Shown here one piece after another: positions 20,022 through 28,631 of a stretch of 64,000 bases of DNA. The stretch is from an uncultured Verrucomicrobiae bacterium (lineage in GTDB: Bacteria; Verrucomicrobiota; Verrucomicrobiia; Limisphaerales; Palsa-1400). Location of the stretch: assembly GCA_963764165.1 (NCBI GenBank), contig CAVXRD010000002.1, positions 224,001 to 288,000 on the forward strand, in the 5' to 3' direction. The notes under the pieces were generated by a model, which saw only the letters and a program-made list of their open reading frames with translations, did not search any database and was not told where the DNA came from. The position numbers were made by a program, and so were the translations under genes. Position 1 is the first letter of the stretch. Each line of letters starts with the position of its first letter.

Positions 20022-20489
20022 TCAAGCAGGGGCGGTAAAGGCGTCGTGCAGAGAAAGAACGCCCGAATCCTCGTTGTAAATAAAGCCAAGCCCGTGGCGC
20101 GAGGCAATTTTCTTGAGCTCGCGCACAACGCGCTCGACAGATCGGCCAGTGACTGCGCCCATAGGCAGGAGGCCTAATGCCGCATTTTTTCCCGCATGAC
20201 GCTTCGCCCATCCATCAAGCCAGCGCAAAAAATCAGCTCCCGGCGTGTTCGTTTCGCCGAACGCAACCACCGCCAATTCAGCTTCCGCAGGGTTTCCCGC
20301 CGACCACCTGGCCGAATTCATTTTAGGCAGCAGGCCGAATTTGAAAGAGTTGACGTTGAAGAGGCGTTTGTTGTGCAGCCTCTCCGAGATGCGCCCCAGC
20401 AAATTGAAAATTGCGCCCCGAGTGCGCGCTGTATCGTACGCCAGCACGACATGGATGGCCGGAGTGGATTTGGAACGGGCCGTTTTCAT
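20022..20489 (-). CDS. Hypothetical protein (alternating beta/alpha, possibly a degenerate receiver-like fold)
   Basis: 155-aa ORF with ATG start filling the intergenic space; HVVLAYD, ELAVVAF and ALGLL strands. Confidence 0.6.
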   Translation of the reverse strand: MKTARSKSTPAIHVVLAYDTARTRGAIFNLLGRISERLHNKRLFNVNSFKFGLLPKMNSARWSAGNPAEAELAVVAFGETNTPGADFLRWLDGWAKRHAGKNAALGLLPMGAVTGRSVERVVRELKKIASRHGLGFIYNEDSGVLSLHDAFTAPA

Positions 20490-20607
20490 AAAATCATTCT
20501 CGTCGAGGTTAAGACAGTTTCTTTCCCCTTCTGTTCAACGAATTTCGCACACGTTTTATTCATTGCCAAAAATAATTCGCAACTTTTCTGTTGACGGAAA
20601 TTGCAAA

Positions 20608-20629
20608 GTGTACCAATGTAGTAATACAC
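20608..20629. promoter_or_regulatory. Putative YtrA-type GntR operator
   Basis: Palindrome GTGTA-N12-TACAC ending 1 nt before the GntR ATG; TTGACG at 20591-20596. Confidence 0.65.
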
Positions 20630-20630
20630 A

Positions 20631-21023
20631 ATGCAATTGCACGTTTCAACCGCCGACGGAATTCCGATCTACTTGCAGATCGCGACGCAGGTGAAACACC
20701 TCGTGGCGTCGGGGCGGCTGACGGCGGGCGACGAAATTCCGCCAATACGCGTGCTGGCGCAGCAACTGATCGTTAATCCGAACACCGTCGCGCGGGCTTA
20801 TCTGGAACTGGAGCGGGAAGGCGTTGTGGAGAAACGGCATGGTTCGGGCACCTACATTTCCGACGGCGGCTCGCCTTTGGCCCGCAAGAAGCGGCTCAGG
20901 ATTCTCACGGAGCGAATCGACGCGCTGCTCGCCGAGGCCAGCCACTTGAACATCGAGCCGGCGGAGTTGCTGAGGCTTGTGAAAGAACGCATCCAATCCA
21001 ATCAAACCAAGGAGCAATCATGA
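20631..21023 (+). CDS. GntR-family (YtrA subfamily) transcriptional regulator
   Basis: PIYLQIA, PPIRVLAQQLIVNPNTVARAYLELEREG, GSGTYI; short C-terminal domain. Confidence 0.93.
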   Translation: MQLHVSTADGIPIYLQIATQVKHLVASGRLTAGDEIPPIRVLAQQLIVNPNTVARAYLELEREGVVEKRHGSGTYISDGGSPLARKKRLRILTERIDALLAEASHLNIEPAELLRLVKERIQSNQTKEQS

Positions 21024-21922
21024 ATAATTCTGGAACAGAAAACGCCGTGGAAATCGCGGGCCTGAGCCGAAAATTCGGCGCGAAGCTGGCGCTGAATCAA
21101 GTGCGGCTGAACATCAAGCGAGGCCGCGTCTTCGGACTCGTCGGCGCGAACGGCGCGGGCAAGACCACGCTGATCAAGCACCTGCTCGGGCGCTTGAAAG
21201 CGGAGAGCGGCACCGTGCGCGTATTCGGTTTTGATCCGGTCACGCATCCCGTCGAAGTGCTCAGCCGCACGGGATATTTGTCGGAGAATCGTGATCTTCC
21301 TGCGTGGATGCGCATCGACGAATTGATTCGCTACACCGCGGCGTTCTATCCGAAATGGGACGCCGCCTACGCCGAGCAATTGCGAAAGCAATTCAACCTC
21401 GACAACCGCGCGAAGATCAAGACGTTGTCGCGCGGCGAGAACGCGAAAGCCGGACTCCTCTTGGCGTTGGCGTATCGCCCGGAAATGCTTCTTCTTGACG
21501 AACCCAGCTCTGGACTCGACCCGCTGGTCCGACGGGACATTCTGGAGGCAATCATTCGAACGGTCGCGGACGAAGGGCGGACGGTCATTTTTTCATCCCA
21601 CCTTTTGGAGGAAGTGCAGCGGGTGGCCGATGACGTGGCGATGATGTTCAACGGAAAAATCGTTCTCAACGGTGCTCTGGATTCCGTTAAGGAAAGCCAT
21701 AGCCGCCTCGTATTTCGTTTTGACAAGCCGCAGACCTCCCCGCCAGGCATTCGCGGCGTGCTAAGCCTCAGCGGCAGCGGACAGGAATGGACGGCGATTT
21801 GCAACGGACAGCGTGATGAGGCGGTGGCTGCCGCGGCTCGGCTGGGCGCGCGCGTGGTCGCCGAGGATTGCCCGACATTGGACGATATCTTCGTCGCTGT
21901 CGCTGGCAGGAAATCAGAATAG
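21020..21922 (+). CDS. ABC transporter ATP-binding protein (YtrB-like)
   Basis: Walker A GANGAGKTT, LSRGE signature variant, LLLDEP, SSH. Confidence 0.93.
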   Translation: MNNSGTENAVEIAGLSRKFGAKLALNQVRLNIKRGRVFGLVGANGAGKTTLIKHLLGRLKAESGTVRVFGFDPVTHPVEVLSRTGYLSENRDLPAWMRIDELIRYTAAFYPKWDAAYAEQLRKQFNLDNRAKIKTLSRGENAKAGLLLALAYRPEMLLLDEPSSGLDPLVRRDILEAIIRTVADEGRTVIFSSHLLEEVQRVADDVAMMFNGKIVLNGALDSVKESHSRLVFRFDKPQTSPPGIRGVLSLSGSGQEWTAICNGQRDEAVAAAARLGARVVAEDCPTLDDIFVAVAGRKSE

Positions 21923-21937
21923 CAGAAAGGAAGATTT

Positions 21938-23602
21938 GTGAACTCACCGTCCTCCGCCTTCGCCTGGGAATTGTGGACCCGGCATAACCGCCGTCTCATA
22001 ACAATGGCTCTCTTGCTTGTCGGCTTTGCCGCACTCTATCCGTTGATGTGTTCGATCTCGGGCTTTGACTTGACTGCTCCGGACGCCTTGGAAGCGCTGG
22101 GTCGCGCTATTCAACCCGGACGGGCGGAGACGGGCGCATTCCAACGAGTAGCGCATGGGCTATGGCTTCTTGCGCTCACTTGCGGGCCAGCCGGGGTCAT
22201 GTTGATCTCGCTTCTTTTCATCATGTGGATCTCGACCTTCACCACCTTTGATCCCGGGTCGAAGGACGCGATGGCATTCCCCATGCGCCTCTTCACATTG
22301 CCTGTGACGACTTCGTTTCTGTTCTGGTGGATGACGCTGGCTGGCCAGCTCGGAGTGATTGTGTTTCACACAAGCTGGGTGTGGCTGGTGCGCATGCCGA
22401 ACATGGAATTGTTTGGCAGCTATCGAAACTGTTTCCTCTGGATGACAATGCTCGCGTTGACGCAAGGGATCACCTGGTCGCTGGCGGCATGGCCGGTATT
22501 GCGAACGTGCCTCCTGGGTGGACTGGGTTTTGGCGTGGTGATGTCTCCCGCCTGGCCCACTGCTGAGTCGTACGCTCCGTGGCTTTTTGGGTTGCTTGTG
22601 GGAGGTATGGTTTTGGGGAGAGTGGGGCTGGAGAAAATTCGGCATGGCCAGTGGCAGAGCTGGGATTGGGACCAAATCATCGCGAGAATCCGGCCAAGTG
22701 GAGAGTTGCGCGGCCCTACGGCATTCTCTTCCCCGGAGCAGGCGCAGCTTTGGTTTGAGTGGAGGCGATTTGCCCGCCGGCTGTGCATCTACATGGTGGC
22801 GTCAAGCATAATTCCAATGCTGGGGCTGCTTGCCCTCCGGGTTCTCTGGTTTCGCAAGCCGGTTCAGGGCGAAAGCGCCTTTCAAATTGGGGTGATTCTG
22901 ATGGCAATGCCGATCGTGGTGCATCTTTGTTTTTCGCTCGCTCAATCAAAGATGGACATCCAATTTGCGATGCTCCGTCCACTGACCAACGGACAAATCA
23001 TCATGGCCACGCTAAAGGCCTCGGGAATTTTTACAATTGCTTCATGGCTGCTCGCGGGGGTCTCCGTGGCCGCAATTCCGCTCCTGGGCCGTTGGTCAAC
23101 ACCGGAGCGGTCGTTCACGACGGCGGCCGAGTATTGGCCGATTACGGGCCTTGCCCTGGCGCTTCTTTGCTGGCGGCTTATCGCGGTCAATCTCGGGTTC
23201 GCGGTGTCCGACCATCCCCGGCTAAAGCCGTTTCCTGCGATCTTCCTCATCGGCGCCTATGCTTTGACTTTTAGCCTGGCGGTGCTCAGCCATTACGAAA
23301 AATATTGGAACAGCTTTATTCAGTGGCTGCCAGCCATTCTTGCGTGCCTTGTGGGACTGAAGATGGTGCTTGGGCTGACTGCGTTTCGTTTGTCAATCAA
23401 ACGGCGTTTGTTGTCAGCCTCCGCGGCGGGCCGCTATTTCGCGGTCTGGTGCCTCATGGCCGCCGTGGTGATGGCGCCCGTGATCATGTCCTTTCACGGA
23501 AGGGAGGGTCTCATTTCGGCGCTGCTTGGCATAATAGTATTGACGCCATTCGCAAGGATTGGATTCGCCCCGCTCGGCCTCGAATTCAGCCGGCACCAAT
23601 GA
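21938..23602 (+). CDS. ABC transporter permease (about 12 TM, internally duplicated)
   Basis: Highly hydrophobic; the two halves begin AFAWELWTRH and AQLWFEWRRF, each with an LPVT/RPLT loop; follows the ATPase. Confidence 0.75.
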   Translation: MNSPSSAFAWELWTRHNRRLITMALLLVGFAALYPLMCSISGFDLTAPDALEALGRAIQPGRAETGAFQRVAHGLWLLALTCGPAGVMLISLLFIMWISTFTTFDPGSKDAMAFPMRLFTLPVTTSFLFWWMTLAGQLGVIVFHTSWVWLVRMPNMELFGSYRNCFLWMTMLALTQGITWSLAAWPVLRTCLLGGLGFGVVMSPAWPTAESYAPWLFGLLVGGMVLGRVGLEKIRHGQWQSWDWDQIIARIRPSGELRGPTAFSSPEQAQLWFEWRRFARRLCIYMVASSIIPMLGLLALRVLWFRKPVQGESAFQIGVILMAMPIVVHLCFSLAQSKMDIQFAMLRPLTNGQIIMATLKASGIFTIASWLLAGVSVAAIPLLGRWSTPERSFTTAAEYWPITGLALALLCWRLIAVNLGFAVSDHPRLKPFPAIFLIGAYALTFSLAVLSHYEKYWNSFIQWLPAILACLVGLKMVLGLTAFRLSIKRRLLSASAAGRYFAVWCLMAAVVMAPVIMSFHGREGLISALLGIIVLTPFARIGFAPLGLEFSRHQ

Positions 23603-23608
23603 TTGCAA

Positions 23609-25018
23609 TTATTCCCATCCCCCGCCAAGGGCGCGGTAGATGTTGACCAAGTCGGACGAGATGGCTTGGCGGCTTTGGGCAAGCGCCGTTTCCGAGGCGA
23701 GCAGGGAGCGCTCGGCGTCGAGCACTGTCAAGAATTCCGTTGTGCCGGCCTGATAGAGCTGCTGGGACAATTGCAGCGCGCGCCTATTCTTGACAACGGC
23801 TTCGCTCAAAGCCTGGCGGTGATCCCATTCACGGGCGAATGCAACCAGGTTGCTTTCCACATCGGACAACGCGGTGAGCACCGTTTTCTGATAGGTGATA
23901 TAAGCGGCGTCGGTGGCGGCCTTTTGCAGGCGGACGTTGCTGATCATCGCGCCGCCGGAAAAAATCGGCCAAGTCATCTGCGGGCCGGCTGAATAAAAAC
24001 TGCTCGGCCCGGCGAACAAATCGCGCACGACGCTGTTCTGATAATTCACCGTGCCTGTCAATGAGAATTGCGGGTAGAAAGCCGATTCGGCTACGCCGAT
24101 CAACGCCGCCGCCGCGTGCAAATTCGCCTCGGCCGCGCGGATGTCGGGGCGGCGGCGCAACAAATCGGAAGGCAAGCCGACGGGCACGTTGGGCGGTGTG
24201 GGCGGAACCGCGCCGGGCTTCGATAATTCGTCCAGCAACGCGGCAGGCTCGCGGGCCAGCAAAACGCTCAAGGCAAAAATATTCTGCTGAATGGCCGTTT
24301 CCAAAGGCGGAATAGTCGCGGCGGTGGTGGCCACCTGCGCATCCGCGTTGGCTTCGTCGAGCGCGCTGGCAAATCCAGCCGAGCCCTTGAGGCGCGTGAC
24401 ATGCGCGGTGTGCGTTTCGGATTCGAGATTGGTTTGCGCGATGGCGATTTGCTCCTGCGCGCTGCGAACCTGGAAATAATCCAGCGCCACTTCCGAGGCC
24501 AATGTCACTTCCGCCGCGTACACATTTTCGCGCGCGGCCTTGATGGCGGCGTCATCGGACTCAAGCTGCCGCCGCGTGCCGCCAAAAAAATCGAGATTCC
24601 AAAGGCTTGATGCGCCCGCTCCAATCAAACTTCCCGATCCTCCAGAATACGGGCCGTGGAAAGTCCCGACACGCTCAGCGCTGCCGGTCGCGACAAGGTT
24701 CGGCCATAGTCCGCCCGCGTCCTTGCCGCGAATGGCGCGGGCCTCGCGAACCAGCGCTTCCGCGAGGCGAATATCGAGATTGGTCTTCAGCGCATTGGAG
24801 ATCAGCGTGTCCAACTCGGTGTCGTGGAAATTCGTCCACCAACGGGTGACGTAGGCGGCGTTCGTGTTCAGGAATGTGTAGGCGTTGGAAACGGAATTGC
24901 TGGCGCCGGACCACGCAGGCGGCGCATCGGTCTTGGGCGGATGGTAATCGGGCCCAACCTTGCAGCCCGCGATCAGCAAGGCGAGGCAAAGTGTGGTGAG
25001 GAGTGGATGAAGTTTCAT
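23609..25018 (-). CDS. Efflux outer-membrane factor lipoprotein (NodT/TolC family)
   Basis: Lipobox LIAGC then KVGPDY, WWTNFHD, GLPSDLLRRRPDI, YRALGGGW; ATG at 25018. Confidence 0.93.
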   Translation of the reverse strand: MKLHPLLTTLCLALLIAGCKVGPDYHPPKTDAPPAWSGASNSVSNAYTFLNTNAAYVTRWWTNFHDTELDTLISNALKTNLDIRLAEALVREARAIRGKDAGGLWPNLVATGSAERVGTFHGPYSGGSGSLIGAGASSLWNLDFFGGTRRQLESDDAAIKAARENVYAAEVTLASEVALDYFQVRSAQEQIAIAQTNLESETHTAHVTRLKGSAGFASALDEANADAQVATTAATIPPLETAIQQNIFALSVLLAREPAALLDELSKPGAVPPTPPNVPVGLPSDLLRRRPDIRAAEANLHAAAALIGVAESAFYPQFSLTGTVNYQNSVVRDLFAGPSSFYSAGPQMTWPIFSGGAMISNVRLQKAATDAAYITYQKTVLTALSDVESNLVAFAREWDHRQALSEAVVKNRRALQLSQQLYQAGTTEFLTVLDAERSLLASETALAQSRQAISSDLVNIYRALGGGWE

Positions 25019-25028
25019 GTTCAATGCG

Positions 25029-26399
25029 TCACTCGTAGCGGAGCGCATCGATCGGGTCGAGCCGCGACGCTTTCCAGGCGGGATAAAAACCAAAGATGAT
25101 GCCCACGCTGGCCGAGACCACCACCGCCGCAATAATCGCCCCGATGGACGTCGCGGTAGGCCAATGTTTGACAATGCGGACGAGCCACGACGTGGCCCGG
25201 CCCAGCGCGATTCCAAAAATGCCGCCGAGCAAACAGAGCACCACCGCCTCTGTCAAGAATTGCCGCAAAATGTCCGATCCTTGCGCGCCGACGGCCATGC
25301 GCAAGCCAATCTCGCGCGTCCGCTCAGTGACCGACACGAGCATAATATTCATGATTCCGACGCCGCCGACGACCAATGAAATCAAGGCCACGATCAAAAG
25401 CAGATTCGTCATCAATTCCGTCGTCGAACTCATCGTCTTCATAATTTCCGTGAGGTCGCGAATCGTAAAATCATCCGGCATTTCGCCGCGCAGATGATGC
25501 CGTTCCCGCATGAGAGAGGTGATTTCGTCGATGGCGCTATGCACGGTCTCCCCGCTTCGGGCGGCGGCCACGATTTGATCAATTCCGGCAAAACGAACCG
25601 GGGCAGGCGTGTCGGCGGCTTGCACGGCGGACGGCGCGGAATACAGGCTGAGCGCATAGTTCGGATAAACCTGGCTCGGCAGCGGCGCGGTGCTGGCGGC
25701 CGCGGCGGAGGCGCTCAGATTCGGGGTTGAAACGGAGGCGCCGGTAACGCGGAATTTGATCGTCGTCCACGGCGCGAGCACCACGTCGTCCTGGTCGGAT
25801 CCCATCATGTTGGCGCCCTTGGGCCGCAGCACGCCAATGACTTTCATATTGACGTTCTGCATGCGGATATCCTTGCCGATGGGAGACTCCCCGGCGAAGA
25901 GTTCGCGCACAATTGTTTGTCCGACGAGGCAGACTTTGCTGCAATTGCGAACATCGCGGTCGGTGAAGGCTTCGCCCTCGGCCATCTCCATCCAGTCGCG
26001 CACTTCCAAATAGGCGGGCGTCGTCCCGTACATTGAATTTGGAGCCCAATTGCGATTGCCGTAAACGATCTGAGTGCGGGTGCGGACAATGGGCGCGGCG
26101 GCGGTGATGGACGGGCATTCCGTCACGATCGCCTCCGCGTCATTTGGTGTAAGGGTGATCGCGCTCCCACTGCCGAAGCTCACGCCGCCAGCCGCCATGT
26201 TCCCGGGAAAGACCAGAAGGTTGAACGCCCCCATCGTCGCGATGGTGCGCTGGATGGCCAGGGTGGAGCCGTTGCCAATTTCCATCATTGCGATGACCGC
26301 CGCCACGCCGATGACGATGCCGAGCGTCGTCAACGCCGCGCGCATGACATTGCGGCGCAAGGCGCGCAAGGAAGTGGTGAGTATTCGGAGGAAGTTCAT
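25029..26399 (-). CDS. MacB-like ABC permease
   Basis: LTTLGIVIGVAAVIAM, VGGVGIMNIMLVSVTERTREIGLRMAVGA, PIDALRYE. Confidence 0.95.
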   Translation of the reverse strand: MNFLRILTTSLRALRRNVMRAALTTLGIVIGVAAVIAMMEIGNGSTLAIQRTIATMGAFNLLVFPGNMAAGGVSFGSGSAITLTPNDAEAIVTECPSITAAAPIVRTRTQIVYGNRNWAPNSMYGTTPAYLEVRDWMEMAEGEAFTDRDVRNCSKVCLVGQTIVRELFAGESPIGKDIRMQNVNMKVIGVLRPKGANMMGSDQDDVVLAPWTTIKFRVTGASVSTPNLSASAAAASTAPLPSQVYPNYALSLYSAPSAVQAADTPAPVRFAGIDQIVAAARSGETVHSAIDEITSLMRERHHLRGEMPDDFTIRDLTEIMKTMSSTTELMTNLLLIVALISLVVGGVGIMNIMLVSVTERTREIGLRMAVGAQGSDILRQFLTEAVVLCLLGGIFGIALGRATSWLVRIVKHWPTATSIGAIIAAVVVSASVGIIFGFYPAWKASRLDPIDALRYE

Positions 26400-27097
26400 G
26401 CGTGGGCGAGCAGGTCGGCCGGTTTCTCAACCAAACCGTCCTTGATGCGGATGACGCGCCTGGCGTGATTGGCGACGTTGGGGTCATGCGTCACCAGCAC
26501 GACCGTCAATCCCTCGTTCTTATTGAGGTCTTTGAACATCTGCAGAATTTCCTCGCTCGTTCGCGAATCGAGATTGCCGGTAGGCTCGTCCGCCAGCAAG
26601 AGGCTTGGTTTGTTGACCAGCGACCGCGCAATGGCGACGCGCTGCTGTTGTCCGCCGGAAAGCTGGGACGGATGATGATCCATGCGCTCGCCCAGGCCCA
26701 CTTTCTTCAGCAAGGCTGCGCCGCGTTCCTTCATCTCGCGGTCTGTCAAATGAACTTTTGAATAGCTCAGAGGCATGATGACATTGTCCAGCGCGCTGGT
26801 GCGGGAGAGCAGGTTGAAGCTTTGAAAAACAAAGCCGATCAAACGATTTCGCAGATGCGCCCGCTCGTTGGTGTTGGCGCCGGAGACTTCCATTCCTTCC
26901 AGCCAGTATTCGCCGCCGCTCGGATGATCAAGGCAGCCGAGAATATTCATCAGCGTGCTCTTGCCAGAACCGCTCGCGCCCATCAACGCCACCAATTCGC
27001 CCTTGGCGATCGAAAGCGAAACGCCCTTCAAGACGGGCACATCAACCTCGCCAAGATGGTATGTTTTGCGGACATCCCGCAATTCGATCAGGTCCAT
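26396..27097 (-). CDS. MacB/LolD-like ABC ATP-binding protein
   Basis: GASGSGKST, LSGGQQQRVAIAR, LADEPTGNLD, VTHD. Confidence 0.95.
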   Translation of the reverse strand: MDLIELRDVRKTYHLGEVDVPVLKGVSLSIAKGELVALMGASGSGKSTLMNILGCLDHPSGGEYWLEGMEVSGANTNERAHLRNRLIGFVFQSFNLLSRTSALDNVIMPLSYSKVHLTDREMKERGAALLKKVGLGERMDHHPSQLSGGQQQRVAIARSLVNKPSLLLADEPTGNLDSRTSEEILQMFKDLNKNEGLTVVLVTHDPNVANHARRVIRIKDGLVEKPADLLAHA

Positions 27098-27107
27098 ACT
27101 GCTGGCG

Positions 27108-28451
27108 CTAATTGGCCTTTCGGGCGGGTTTTTTGTTCCACGGATTTTGCGGCACAAATGGGTTATTGCCGGCGTTCATGTCGTCCCCGCCGCTGGCCAG
27201 TTGAATCCCCATGATCGCCTGCTGGCCCTCACGAAGCTCCTTCCCTTCAATTTCTGTTTCCGTGCCATCGGTCAATCCAGCCATGACCTCAATAGGTTTG
27301 ACAAATTCGCCATCCTCCACCCAAAACGTCGCGGGATGTTTCGCTTCGGAGGAATCCGGCATGGGCAGATGCCCGGCGATTTGTTTGGCGGCGGGCGAAT
27401 CGCGAAAGGCGGGCGCGATCTGGTCAAACATGGGTTTCCAGCGCAGGGCGGCGTTGGGCAGGAGCAGAACGTTGTGGCGCTCGCCGCTGAGAAATTGCGC
27501 ATTGGCCGTCAAGTAGGGCAGGAGCTTTCCATCGGAATTATCCGTGTTCACTTCAACCGTATATGTGACAACGTTCTGGGTCATCGTGGCGTTGAGGCGG
27601 ATTTTCCCGACGGTGCCCTTGAAGTTTTGATTCGGGAAGGCGTCCACAGTGAAATTTACCGGCTGTCCGGGATGGATGTTTCCGATGTCCGCTTCGTTGA
27701 CGGAGATCCAGACCTGCATGCGCGTCAAATCCTTGGCGATGAGAAAAAGACTTGGCGTGTTGAAGCTCGAAACGACCGTTTCGCCAATCGTCACCCGGCG
27801 GTCAATGATCACGCCCTTCACCGGCGCGGTGATGGTGCAGTAATCCAGCGTGCGCTGCGATTTGTCGAGCGTGGCGGCGGCTTGGACGGTGGTGGCTCGC
27901 GCCTGCAGCAACGAGGCTTCATCGAGGGCGACATTGGCCTTGGCGATTTCGTAATTCGCCTTGTAGGAATCGTAGGTGGTCGGCGCGAGCGCTTCGGAAG
28001 GGCCAAGTTTCTGGGCGCGATTCCAGTCGGCCTCAGCCTGCACCAGTTTCGCCTTCATCTGCTCAAGGTCGGCGGCGGCGCGGATTTCGCCCGCTTTGTC
28101 CTGGTCCAATTGCGCCTTGGCGAGATTCACGTCGGCGGCATAGAGGCTGTCGTCGATTTTTGCCAGCACAGTGCCTTCTTCGACGACGGAGCCGTAGTCA
28201 ATGGGCTTGCCGTTTTTATCTTTGCCGAAGACGTTGATTTGCCCGGCGACCTGCGCGCCGACGTCGACCACTTCCTCCGGCTCCAACGTTCCGGTGGCGG
28301 TAATGGAGACATAAAGATCGCCGCGTTTGACGGCAGCTTCGCGGTAGGGAATTTTGTGGGCGGCGCGGGCGCGCCATTCCCAGAGGCCCCATACGCCGCC
28401 GGCGACGACGAGGACGCCGAGGACGATTGCAGTTTTGAGGGATAATCGCAT
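27108..28451 (-). CDS. MacA-like periplasmic adaptor subunit
   Basis: ATGTLEP..VDVGAQVAG, ITAPVKGVII, VNEADIG, NVVTYTV. Confidence 0.93.
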   Translation of the reverse strand: MRLSLKTAIVLGVLVVAGGVWGLWEWRARAAHKIPYREAAVKRGDLYVSITATGTLEPEEVVDVGAQVAGQINVFGKDKNGKPIDYGSVVEEGTVLAKIDDSLYAADVNLAKAQLDQDKAGEIRAAADLEQMKAKLVQAEADWNRAQKLGPSEALAPTTYDSYKANYEIAKANVALDEASLLQARATTVQAAATLDKSQRTLDYCTITAPVKGVIIDRRVTIGETVVSSFNTPSLFLIAKDLTRMQVWISVNEADIGNIHPGQPVNFTVDAFPNQNFKGTVGKIRLNATMTQNVVTYTVEVNTDNSDGKLLPYLTANAQFLSGERHNVLLLPNAALRWKPMFDQIAPAFRDSPAAKQIAGHLPMPDSSEAKHPATFWVEDGEFVKPIEVMAGLTDGTETEIEGKELREGQQAIMGIQLASGGDDMNAGNNPFVPQNPWNKKPARKAN

Positions 28452-28631
28452 TCTAATTCTCAAATACTCTCACCCGGCCGCGTGACGTGCCGGAAAACGG
28501 AGCAAGACGCAAAGCGCGTTCAATCCGTGTCTTTGTAAATAGATGCCGGGAGCGGAGTGTTTATTCAAGTGTGTACTAAATCAAAATTGCTGAGTTGATT
28601 GGAAAATTTGCTTTTTTTTGACCGCGGCGCC

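Noticed and set aside
28568..28600. Second YtrA operator upstream of macA (gtgtacta)
   Set aside because: Only a half-site; no matching TACAC at the right spacing
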